Of a DNA stretch of 64,000 nt, positions 45,816-53,507 are shown one piece after another. This stretch comes from a virus. Positions within the stretch are counted from its first letter, which is position 1. Each line of letters starts with the position of its first letter. The notes under the pieces were generated by a model, which saw nothing but the letters and a program-made list of their open reading frames with translations, made no database searches and was not told the DNA's origin. The stretch lies in the IMG/VR virus record IMGVR_UViG_3300002243_000002, positions 1-64,000 of that record. One strand, written 5' to 3'. Made by a program: the position numbers and the translations under genes.

Positions 45816-46480
45816 ATAGAGCACCCATCTCGGACGAGGAGCTCGAGAAGCTCATCCCTCATCGACGCGACATCAGCTATGGACCCCGCTACTTCAAGTT
45901 CGCCGATGGCGATCACGGTCCTGCATCGGAACTCTTCGGAGATGTCCTCTACAGCCTCTTCAAGCCGAGCTCCGCCATCGACTTCGGATGTGGCACGGGG
46001 GGCACCCTGGCAGCTCTGGCTGCCCACGGCGTCGAAGTACAAGCTGTCGACGGCTCCGAGCACTGCATCCCCTTCGTCGCGAGACGCAACCAGCAGATCG
46101 CCAACGAGCTCCTCGTTCATGATCTCTCGAAGCCCCTCGAGTTGAAGAGGCAGTACGATCTAGCCATCTCCACCGAGTGCTTCGAACACCTTCCGCCTGG
46201 CGGCTCGGAAGTGCTCGTGAGCACCGTAGCAGCAGCCGCTCCACGAGCCGTCATCACCGCTTGTGGGCCCACCGGTAAGAACCCGCTGCACACCAACGAA
46301 CGCCCCTTCGAGTTCTGGATGGAACTCTTCGAGAAGAACGGCATGAAGCTGAATCGCGGGAAGACGGGAGAGCTACGAGTGATCATGCGGCAGCACAAGG
46401 AGAACCTGCCGGCAGGTGTGCCTCTCGTCCCCTCCTGGTACTTCGGCGGCTACATCGGGATCTTCGAGAAGGAAAAGTAG
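45812..46480 (+). CDS. class I SAM-dependent methyltransferase
   Basis: Start set to the ATG at 45812 (ATGA with the upstream stop). The 222-aa product starts MNRAPISDEELEKL.... Motif I SSAIDFGCGTGGTLAALAAHGVEVQAVDGS, post-I LLVHDL, motif II-like YDLAISTECFEHLPP. Confidence 0.75.
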   Translation: MNRAPISDEELEKLIPHRRDISYGPRYFKFADGDHGPASELFGDVLYSLFKPSSAIDFGCGTGGTLAALAAHGVEVQAVDGSEHCIPFVARRNQQIANELLVHDLSKPLELKRQYDLAISTECFEHLPPGGSEVLVSTVAAAAPRAVITACGPTGKNPLHTNERPFEFWMELFEKNGMKLNRGKTGELRVIMRQHKENLPAGVPLVPSWYFGGYIGIFEKEK

Positions 46481-46634
46481 GCTGCCTGCTCACCCGGGTT
46501 AGCTAGGTCCCCGGCAGCCAAGTAGAGACCACTGAGATCCCCTACGGCGTCTAAGAAGGAGCCCGAAGCCAGGAGAAGACGCCGCAGGCCGCACCCGAGC
46601 CTAACGGTGGCACTGTACTCTCCCGCTCCATTCG

Positions 46635-46991
46635 TCATTGAACCTTGAGAGAGGCATCTCGAGCTGCCGGAGCAACAAGTGCTCCAGCATCTCGAACCTT
46701 GACGCAGACGGCAGCCTGCTGCATCCAAGCACGCACCCGGTGCAGGTAAATAATGAGAGCCCGCCCGGCATTCTCCGACATGCACACGCCGCCGTCCTTT
46801 GCTACGAACTCACTGCCAATCTTGGGCTCGACCGGAAACATGGGGAGCGAGCAAGGCTTGACGATGATGATCGGCTCGGGTGTTTTAGCCCCCAAACAGC
46901 TTCCGTAGCTCAGCGACGATGCCAGCAGGAGTATCGAGAACCCCGCTTGCCGCCAACCGCTCGATCTCCTGGTAAGCTTGACTGAGTGCAT
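46635..46991 (-). CDS. o-spanin candidate (outer-membrane lipoprotein, overlapped architecture)
   Basis: The ATG at 46991 lies inside the i-spanin gene in another frame and the ORF extends beyond it. The N-terminus has basic residues, then AGFSILLLASSLSYGS-C (imperfect lipobox), then a Pro-rich segment (KTPEPIIIVKPCSLPMFPVEP). Confidence 0.5.
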   Translation of the reverse strand: MHSVKLTRRSSGWRQAGFSILLLASSLSYGSCLGAKTPEPIIIVKPCSLPMFPVEPKIGSEFVAKDGGVCMSENAGRALIIYLHRVRAWMQQAAVCVKVRDAGALVAPAARDASLKVQ

Positions 46992-47187
46992 TGACCTGCT
47001 CCTCGAGAGCCGCTCGGCGCGCCTGCTCCGTCTTGAGATTCGTCAGCGCTGTGGTACAGGCCACTTGGCTTTCGGCCAGTTGCTTTGCGAGCTGCGCCGA
47101 GGCGTCCTTCAGCTTGCCAATCCAAACAGCCGTACCGACACCAACGCCGAGCAGCACCACAACGAGTCCGATGATCGCGTAGACCAC
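46885..47187 (-). CDS. i-spanin candidate (N-terminal TM + coiled coil)
   Basis: 100 aa. TM VYAIIGLVVVLLGVGVGTAVWIG, then a heptad-like segment (KLKDASAQLAKQLAESQVACTTALTNLKTEQARRAALEEQVNALSQAYQEIERL). Confidence 0.55.
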   Translation of the reverse strand: MVYAIIGLVVVLLGVGVGTAVWIGKLKDASAQLAKQLAESQVACTTALTNLKTEQARRAALEEQVNALSQAYQEIERLAASGVLDTPAGIVAELRKLFGG

Positions 47188-47194
47188 AGAGGTT

Positions 47195-47707
47195 CTACTT
47201 CGCGACCCACTTGGGAGTACGAGGCACGAATTCCGGCGTCTTGATCTGCACCTTGGCGACGATGACCTCAGCCTTGTTCACAGCCTTCAAGGCGGAGGCT
47301 TCGCTCACGGGCTGTGGCAGGAAGTACTTGAGCACTGCGGACCAGAGACCGGAGGCAGCGTTGCCGATGAAGACGCCGTTGATGAGCGCTTTCCACCAGA
47401 CCATGCCACCGGCGATCGAAACGACGATGGCGGAAGCCACTCCGAGCCCGATGGAGATCCACGGTAACGCAGCCGAAGGGATGTACTTCTTGAAGAGCAC
47501 GCTGCCCCCCAGGTACGTCAGCAGTGTGATGACTGCCGAGGCTCCAAGAGCCCAGGAGCCCGACGAGAAGTAGGAGACGATGAGAGAGAGTATCGCAGCG
47601 GGATCGTCCGTTGGAGTAGAAGCCGGAGCGTTCGCCGCGAGAAGCAGCCCGGAAAGCAGGAACACGAAGCATAGACTCAGAAGCATGCCCAGGATCTTCA
47701 TGTGCAT
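47195..47707 (-). CDS. multi-pass membrane protein, holin candidate
   Basis: 170 aa. Hydrophobic leader MKILGMLLSLCFVFLLSGLLLAANA plus about 3 further TM segments. It lies immediately upstream of the spanin pair. Confidence 0.4.
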   Translation of the reverse strand: MHMKILGMLLSLCFVFLLSGLLLAANAPASTPTDDPAAILSLIVSYFSSGSWALGASAVITLLTYLGGSVLFKKYIPSAALPWISIGLGVASAIVVSIAGGMVWWKALINGVFIGNAASGLWSAVLKYFLPQPVSEASALKAVNKAEVIVAKVQIKTPEFVPRTPKWVAK

Positions 47708-47715
47708 TTGCCTTT

Positions 47716-48282
47716 CTAGCGCTTGGAGGTGCGCTTGTTTCGCGGGAATCTCGCAGGATCTGGGGCGGCATCCAGCTTCGATCCGACCACAGGCGTCGGT
47801 AACCCCGGATATGGAATAGGAGGCTGATACACATGCTGATGTGGAGCCACCACTGCAGGTGCCGACGTAGGAGTTGCGATGGCTTCACGAGCAGCAAATT
47901 TGAACCCCAGCCAGACGAGTGCTAGCACCGCTCCGAGCTGCAGGACGGTGCCCATCCAGGTGCTCAGTATCTCCACGATCGGCTTCCGTTGCGGATGGTC
48001 ATGCTTCCGCATCTCGTTGCACTTCGACTCGGTCATGTACCCCACACGTTCGGAGAGTAGCTTGACCAAGACCTTCTTGACCAGCCGGCCTCGCTCCCTA
48101 TCCTGCAGTATGTGTCGACGCAGAAGGTCCTCGATGCGCTCCAGGCGCAGATCGGTGGTGATCCCCGGAAGGCCAGTAGGCGTTCGCGGCAGCGGAGGAG
48201 GCAGGTCGATGTCGATGCTCGGCTCCTCGAGCTCGAATTCGTCGGGGAGCAGGGATCCTTCTCTGTCACCGTTCTCAGCCAT
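47716..48282 (-). CDS. single-pass membrane protein (possible holin/antiholin or lysis regulator)
   Basis: 188 aa. Acidic N-terminus, one TM (WMGTVLQLGAVLALVWLGFKFAA) and a Pro-rich basic C-terminus. Confidence 0.4.
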   Translation of the reverse strand: MAENGDREGSLLPDEFELEEPSIDIDLPPPLPRTPTGLPGITTDLRLERIEDLLRRHILQDRERGRLVKKVLVKLLSERVGYMTESKCNEMRKHDHPQRKPIVEILSTWMGTVLQLGAVLALVWLGFKFAAREAIATPTSAPAVVAPHQHVYQPPIPYPGLPTPVVGSKLDAAPDPARFPRNKRTSKR

Positions 48283-48345
48283 GGCACCTCCAGCTAAGAT
48301 ACCACAGCTTCTAGCACATCTGGAAGTATTTCTGCAAGGGTGTCT

Positions 48346-49086
48346 TTAGGAACCCGGAGGATGTTCGATAATTGTCACCCGAGAGTCTAAAGCCTCTTCA
48401 GCCTCGATGGGTACAGCATCCAGGATGGCCACTTTCGAGAGGTGGTTCGCTCGCAAGCCAGCTAGCAGATCATCCATCGCGGTTGGGCATCCCGGACGGA
48501 TCAAGATCTTCGAATATAGACGCACGCCAGGAAGCAGCTCTGGCACCGCACCAGATTGCAGACCCAACTCTTTTTCTGCGTGCGCCGCCACGCTGGGATC
48601 AATATACCGCCCCAGCCAGTCACTCCAAGTGCCAGAGGCGTGCCCTTCGTGCACGGGCAGATAAATGCTTTGATAGTCCAATAATATGTCAGCTACACCT
48701 TCAATCGGCCTAGGATATTTGGCTAGCCTGCAAGCACCCATCTTGGCGGGGGATCGTATCCCAGCCAGGAATACACCCGTGTCGTAGAGAACACCATAAA
48801 GCTTCGAACTACCGAAAGTGGCCCAAGCGAGATCCAGTTCTATGGCTTGCCCATCGTGAAACAACAACACCAGAAAATCTCTACCAGGAGCCCAGCTTGC
48901 TTTGGGCTGCCAACCCTGAAATGTCTTCGGATAGGAACCTGACGTGCTCGCACATAGAGTTGCCGACGGATGCGTTTTACCAATGGAATGAACTAGATCT
49001 CCAGAGCAGAGCACCCGTTCCAAAAACCAGCTCAGAAGTCTTGGCGGGAAGGTATCTGCTGGCGAAGAGAGAACAAGCCAGTTCAT
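48346..49086 (-). CDS. hypothetical protein
   Basis: 246-aa ORF with a 4-nt overlap with the upstream 84-aa gene. No motif recognised. Confidence 0.5.
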   Translation of the reverse strand: MNWLVLSSPADTFPPRLLSWFLERVLCSGDLVHSIGKTHPSATLCASTSGSYPKTFQGWQPKASWAPGRDFLVLLFHDGQAIELDLAWATFGSSKLYGVLYDTGVFLAGIRSPAKMGACRLAKYPRPIEGVADILLDYQSIYLPVHEGHASGTWSDWLGRYIDPSVAAHAEKELGLQSGAVPELLPGVRLYSKILIRPGCPTAMDDLLAGLRANHLSKVAILDAVPIEAEEALDSRVTIIEHPPGS

Positions 49087-49337
49087 TTCGCAGACTCTAG
49101 TCTGGGAAGATTGATCCCTGTTATCGCAGCTTCACCCTGCTTGATCAAGATCTCCCCGCGAGTGCCAAGCTGCCGAAGCATGTTAGCCAGGTCCTCGAGT
49201 CCCCGACAGATCGAGGCTGAGCGGTCTCTACCCTGATAGGCCAACAAAATGGTCTCGATGTTCTTCTCATCCTTCGGATAGACCATGAGAGGTATCTGCC
49301 TGCTCTTGGGCTTGTCCGTCTTTTTCTTTTTGGGCAA
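49083..49337 (-). CDS. small basic protein, possibly ribbon-helix-helix
   Basis: 84 aa. The KKKKTDKPK N-terminus followed by IPLMVYPKDEKNIETILLAYQG...ICRGLEDLANML is compatible with a strand-helix-helix layout. Confidence 0.35.
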   Translation of the reverse strand: MPKKKKTDKPKSRQIPLMVYPKDEKNIETILLAYQGRDRSASICRGLEDLANMLRQLGTRGEILIKQGEAAITGINLPRLESAK

Positions 49338-49401
49338 CGGGAATGCTCCTATTAAAGACCTTGCAATGACCAGTAATCACATACAGCATTTCGATCGCAA
49401 C

Positions 49402-49506
49402 TGTCAATGCAAATCCGACCTGTAACTTTTATACGAAGGATATAGGTAACTTACAAGTCGATGTCAATTAACCCTCTTGACACGGGTACTTCCACAGGAG
49501 TATTCG
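49402..49506 (+). promoter_or_regulatory. divergent control region: sigma70-like promoter with TGTCAA/TTGACA repeats
   Basis: TTGACA (49477-49482), an 18-nt spacer, then TATTCG (49501-49506), upstream of AAGGAG (49525) and the ATG at 49540. TGTCAAT occurs at 49402 and 49462. The second copy forms an inverted repeat with the -35 element (TGTCAA-N9-TTGACA). Confidence 0.4.
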
Positions 49507-49539
49507 TAAGACTTCTAGCCCTAAAAGGAGCTTCTTGCG

Positions 49540-50331
49540 ATGCCAGACCTCACGTATTCCAAGGCAATGGTCCCAGCGCCGAGGGCCCCTTCAACACAAA
49601 ATGAGGTCCGACGCTTCGTGGTGCACATCACCGGAACGTCGACTTACATCAACGCTTTCAAGAACAAAATCCCCCCACTCCAGCAGCTCTGGAATCTCTT
49701 CAAGAATCCAAAGAACAACTTCTCGCACTACGGCATCGACCCCTGGGGCAATGTCTGGCAGTTCGCACTCGAGAATATCCGACCGTGGTCACAGGGTTGG
49801 GGCGACTACCGTCGGAAAGGAGGGCTGAAGTACCTCCTGGAAAGTGGAACTCTCAAGATACCTCTCTGGTGGCAAGAAGAGTGGAAGCCTGTCCTTTCTT
49901 CCTATAGGCTGCCTTCGATTGGAGCTTCTCCCCTCGACCTGCTCTTCTCAGATGAGGACTCCCCCAACGCAAACTCGATCTCCATCGAGCTCATCCAGTG
50001 GCAACCCGACGCAGCTCTTAAGGGAGCCCGCACCAGAAACTACCTCCTGACCGAAGTGCAGTACGAAGCCCTCGCCACGCTCCTCTGGGAGAGAGCCACC
50101 GCACACAATGTAAACTTGTACCGCGGAACACTGCTCGGACATGAGGACGTCGATCCCTGGGGAAGAGGCACCAAGGATGGCGGATGGGACCCCGGAGCTC
50201 TGAGAGAGCAACCTCGATTCTGCTGGGACTGCGTGTTCGGAGCACTGGAAGACCGCCCTGAGTTTTGTGCCACCAAGCTTCCCACCCCGCCGATGCCGAA
50301 GTGGGCAGATCCATCACGAGGCCCAAAATGA
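49540..50331 (+). CDS. N-acetylmuramoyl-L-alanine amidase (Amidase_2 / PGRP-T7 lysozyme type), endolysin candidate
   Basis: 263 aa. Motifs FVVHITGT, SHYGIDPWGNVWQF, NANSISIELIQ and LLGHEDVDPWGRGTKDGGWDPG match the Amidase_2 metal-binding and substrate motifs. Confidence 0.75.
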   Translation: MPDLTYSKAMVPAPRAPSTQNEVRRFVVHITGTSTYINAFKNKIPPLQQLWNLFKNPKNNFSHYGIDPWGNVWQFALENIRPWSQGWGDYRRKGGLKYLLESGTLKIPLWWQEEWKPVLSSYRLPSIGASPLDLLFSDEDSPNANSISIELIQWQPDAALKGARTRNYLLTEVQYEALATLLWERATAHNVNLYRGTLLGHEDVDPWGRGTKDGGWDPGALREQPRFCWDCVFGALEDRPEFCATKLPTPPMPKWADPSRGPK

Positions 50332-50675
50332 CGAAACCGGAAGTGGAGCAAGTAGCCCTCTGGCAGATCCCATTGAAGCTGCTCCAGCTGTTCCTCATAG
50401 CAGCTCGCGTCAACGTATCGAAGCTGCACATCGTACTACTGAACCTCTCCATGCGCATCGATAGATCTCTCGACGGTCTATGTCCGGAGAGGCATCCCAA
50501 ATCCCAGATCGCCTGCGAGCGCCCAGCAAAGCACGAAGGACCTTGTCTCGGCAAGCTTCCGAGCGGGAAAGTGGCCAGCTGGATTTCCAAGGCCAAACGG
50601 GACTCCGATCTCTCTTCCCTCGGGAAGGAAATCTCCCTAGCTTTCACCCGTTCCCGGAGAATCGATGAGGGATAA
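50328..50675 (+). CDS. hypothetical protein
   Basis: The ATG at 50328 forms ATGA with the amidase stop. 115 aa (MTKPEVEQVALWQIPLKLL...). Confidence 0.4.
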   Translation: MTKPEVEQVALWQIPLKLLQLFLIAARVNVSKLHIVLLNLSMRIDRSLDGLCPERHPKSQIACERPAKHEGPCLGKLPSGKVASWISKAKRDSDLSSLGKEISLAFTRSRRIDEG

Positions 50676-50684
50676 TGAGGCTGA

Positions 50685-50963
50685 ACAATTGACTCGACAT
50701 TCCCCATCGACTTCTGCTACCCTACCCCCAGAGGGTGGGAGTGTGGATGGGCATCCGCAGCTGGCTACACCTTCCACTTTCCAGACCTTCCACAACTGGA
50801 TGGCTTCTATCTCTCGAGGAACCCAAAGACTGGCTGGTCAATCAACGTCTCCGTTGGTGAGGTAGCAGATCGCCTCGGGCGGAATGCCATCCTGATCGAG
50901 AAGCATCCATCTGAGTGGCTCCACCAGAGATTCCCGGCGCAGACCGGGCACGTTCATCTCTGA
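50685..50963 (+). pseudogene. possible decayed C-terminal remnant of an N4/N6 DNA methyltransferase
   Basis: An open frame without a start codon reads TFPIDFCYP...PQLDGFYLSRNPKTG...GEVADRLGRNAILIEKHPSEW. It parallels the order (H)PA.FP.eL ... vLDPF.GSGTT ... A..lgR..iGiE....y, but motif I is degenerate. Its stop overlaps the next ATG (TGATG at 50961-50965). Confidence 0.3.
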
Positions 50964-51502
50964 TGACCTGGCAGCATACATTTTATGAAGGTTGCTGGCG
51001 CCAGTGCCGCTATAAGAAGTTCAAGGCGCCGGGGATGCTCACCTTCAAGCAGATGCAAGACGCACTACGAGTGGCAAGCGACGATCCGAAAGAGTGGAAG
51101 TACAAGTCCCGTGGTGTCATCCTCGGGAAGATGCACGCATACAAGAAAGACTTCTGGAAGTACTTCACTGAGAATTGCCCTCACCAGGAAGAGCCGGAGG
51201 GCCCCCCAAGACCTCCCACCAGAAAACAGCTTCTTCAGTGGATACATGAGATGCTAGGTCCAACAGCACATCTCAAGCACCAATTCCATCCAGTAAAAGT
51301 TCAGCGTACATTCGAGCTGCATGGCACGAGGGTCCTACTGATCCTATCTCGTCTGGAGTATCCAATGGCCCTCCTAGCACTCCGCATTGATGTCAGCAAC
51401 AGCGAGACTGTCTGGATCGCCTCCGGAATTGGCTGGATGCGAGCCGTTCTTGCGTTACATGCCAAGATGTGTAGGGACTACAGAGAGAGGAAGCGCCTCT
51501 AA
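50963..51502 (+). CDS. hypothetical protein
   Basis: Start set to the ATG at 50963 (MTWQHTFYEGCW...). 179 aa. No motif recognised. Confidence 0.45.
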   Translation: MTWQHTFYEGCWRQCRYKKFKAPGMLTFKQMQDALRVASDDPKEWKYKSRGVILGKMHAYKKDFWKYFTENCPHQEEPEGPPRPPTRKQLLQWIHEMLGPTAHLKHQFHPVKVQRTFELHGTRVLLILSRLEYPMALLALRIDVSNSETVWIASGIGWMRAVLALHAKMCRDYRERKRL

Positions 51503-51846
51503 TGAGTAAGGCAAACCGAGAGAAGCGAGCACTACATCTGGATAAGCTGGAGTCTGTAATCCCCACCTTCGAAACTGGCATGTATAAAGATGCAGAACAG
51601 GGCTTTATAACAAAACTCGGCGTCATCATACTTCGCGTATTGCCGCTACCCGGAGGCATCGTTGATGCTAATCGAGTGGCTCGCGCGCTTAATGCCCTCG
51701 ATGCCTGGGAACGCTCGATCTCCTCACCAACGCCAGCTGCCCGTGCTTGCAAGTGCGATACTTGTAAGCAGCAGATCAATAATCCAGAAGACATCACTCC
51801 AGCAGCACGCATCTCCGTCAGGTGTAGAAAGTGTTCAGGCAAATGA
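51502..51846 (+). CDS. hypothetical protein with C-terminal CxxC...CxxC motif
   Basis: 114 aa. The ATG shares 1 nt with the upstream TAA. Contains KCDTCKQQ...VRCRKCSGK. Confidence 0.45.
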   Translation: MSKANREKRALHLDKLESVIPTFETGMYKDAEQGFITKLGVIILRVLPLPGGIVDANRVARALNALDAWERSISSPTPAARACKCDTCKQQINNPEDITPAARISVRCRKCSGK

Positions 51847-52655
51847 ACAGGAATACGATCGAACAGGCAGTCAAAGACCTGGAAAATCTATTAGCTCCAG
51901 CACTGGATGGCAATCGCGTGCTCAAGCCGGGGGCTGCGGAGCCTTTCTTCGACACACTTCTCCATGGTGGCACGGCAAGAAGGAACTCCTTCCTGTGGAG
52001 AACCAAGTTCACATATCTTGGAACAACTCCGAATGCATTGCCAGAAGCGGTTGCCATCAACGAGGGTGGCGGGGGGCCTTATTTCAAACCGGCGAAGGTA
52101 ATGACAACCATCCGGTTTCCATCATCAGTCGAACAGCGCAAATGGCTGTCGGCGGGCACGCTGCTTTCGGACTTCGGAATGCATCTGTATCCGGATATAG
52201 AGGAAGTTGTACTCCTGGCCAGGCGCAGCGAAGGGGGCTCCTGCCTGGCCTGCACCGACGGAATCCTGGAACAGATTCCGCAGCATCTGCGAATCCAGAT
52301 CGAGGAATCCTTCGAAGCTCCGGCCTGCAAGTCTGCCGTGCATTTGCTGTTAGGAAGCCTGGAAGCCATCGGAGCATCGCGAGCAGATCTCGGAATCTTC
52401 CTGCCGGGACATGCATACAAGGACCTCTCGAGCCGGGAAGATTGGAAGGGGCTCCCGCTCTTGGAGACTCTCAATCTGAGACAGAGCAACACCTGTCTAA
52501 TCTGCAATCCGCACGCGATCCATTTCGTCGTGCACCACATACAGATTCCAAAGATCGTGGCTGCTTCCGAAACGTTCGATGTGAACTTGGAAACAGCCTT
52601 CACGCCAATCCTCAATACGCAACCCAACCAAGCCGGTTCAGTAACCTGGAGATAG
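51843..52655 (+). CDS. hypothetical protein
   Basis: The ATG at 51843 forms ATGA with the upstream stop (MNRNTIEQAVKDLENL...). 270 aa. No motif recognised. Confidence 0.5.
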   Translation: MNRNTIEQAVKDLENLLAPALDGNRVLKPGAAEPFFDTLLHGGTARRNSFLWRTKFTYLGTTPNALPEAVAINEGGGGPYFKPAKVMTTIRFPSSVEQRKWLSAGTLLSDFGMHLYPDIEEVVLLARRSEGGSCLACTDGILEQIPQHLRIQIEESFEAPACKSAVHLLLGSLEAIGASRADLGIFLPGHAYKDLSSREDWKGLPLLETLNLRQSNTCLICNPHAIHFVVHHIQIPKIVAASETFDVNLETAFTPILNTQPNQAGSVTWR

Positions 52656-52662
52656 CGAGCCC

Positions 52663-53304
52663 ATGTCCCTTCCGATCATCATCTCGGACATCGACGGCGT
52701 GGTCTGCAACATCATGGAGCGATGCATCCTGGCCATCTGGAAGGACTTCCACGTGCTGCTTTCTCCGGAGGATTGCACGCAATACGACATGGCTACATCC
52801 TTTTACCCGCACCTGCAATCTCACTTCCCAGATAAAGAATCTCTAGCCGCGTACTTGATGCAACGTGTCTTCCAGCGTCCAAAAGAGTTGCTGAAAGCTC
52901 ACCCTTACTACGAGGCACTTGTACACTACAACCGATTCATGATGGCAGGCGGTGTCCTGTATCTGTTCACGTCCAGAAGCGTAGGACTAGCCTATACCAC
53001 CAATACCTGGACTAATAAGTGGGGCCTAAACACTCTACCCGCACAAGCCTTCCACGAGCATACAGCTGGAAAGCGCGTATACATAGAGACCTACTTGCGT
53101 TGTCTTCGAGCAGGACAGCAAACATTACGCTCACAGGTTTGGGTAATCGACGATTGCCCTAAAGCGCTCGAGGAGCTCCAGAATATTCCAGATCCGAACC
53201 TGCGAGTCTTCAGGATGAACCGGCCCTGGAATCGAGACTTCGCCTGCCAGGATGAACCGCTCAAGGAAATCGCAGCGGCGCTTGAGGAGCTCAAGGCGTG
53301 CTGA
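52663..53304 (+). CDS. HAD-superfamily 5'(3')-deoxyribonucleotidase (NT5C-like)
   Basis: 213 aa. Motif I IIISDIDGVVCN, late motif VWVIDDCPKALEEL. Size and layout are typical of phage NT5C-type nucleotidases. Confidence 0.6.
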   Translation: MSLPIIISDIDGVVCNIMERCILAIWKDFHVLLSPEDCTQYDMATSFYPHLQSHFPDKESLAAYLMQRVFQRPKELLKAHPYYEALVHYNRFMMAGGVLYLFTSRSVGLAYTTNTWTNKWGLNTLPAQAFHEHTAGKRVYIETYLRCLRAGQQTLRSQVWVIDDCPKALEELQNIPDPNLRVFRMNRPWNRDFACQDEPLKEIAAALEELKAC

Positions 53305-53507
53305 CCTTCGACGAGCTCCACGCGCTCAAGACTGGAGATGTGCTCTATGACATTTCCAACCCAGCCAAGATCCCACTCACTATCGTTCGGGTAGACTGGA
53401 ATGAAAAGAGGCTCGTAGTCAAGACTCCCTGTGGAACCTTCTTCGACTATGGCCTGTACCATTGCTCGAAATGGCCACTCTCTGCTGAGACACTCGTGCG
53501 CCGGTGA
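53298..53507 (+). CDS. small hypothetical protein (GTG start)
   Basis: 69-aa ORF overlapping the upstream stop by 7 nt. Its own stop overlaps the next GTG (GTGA). Confidence 0.35.
   Translation: MLTFDELHALKTGDVLYDISNPAKIPLTIVRVDWNEKRLVVKTPCGTFFDYGLYHCSKWPLSAETLVRR

Noticed and set aside
39041-46480. The glycosyltransferase block as a standard prophage O-antigen seroconversion module, or as a DNA glucosylation system.
   Set aside because: Seroconversion modules normally include membrane components (GtrA/GtrB/Gtr-type, Wzx/Wzy or acetyltransferases), and none are present. DNA-sugar modification usually needs one or two GTs plus base-modifying enzymes, not 5 GT modules, 3 MTases and a sulfotransferase. 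Neither reading is strictly excluded, so both remain alternatives in the finding.
46480-46584. Two inverted repeats in the convergent gap after the cassette, considered as bidirectional terminators: GGCTGCC/GGCAGCC at 46480-46519 and CGGCGTCT/AGACGCCG at 46545-46584.
   Set aside because: The stems are only 7-8 bp, the loops are 24-26 nt, and there are no flanking T/A tracts. I cannot compute folding energy by hand, and they are not convincing as intrinsic terminators.
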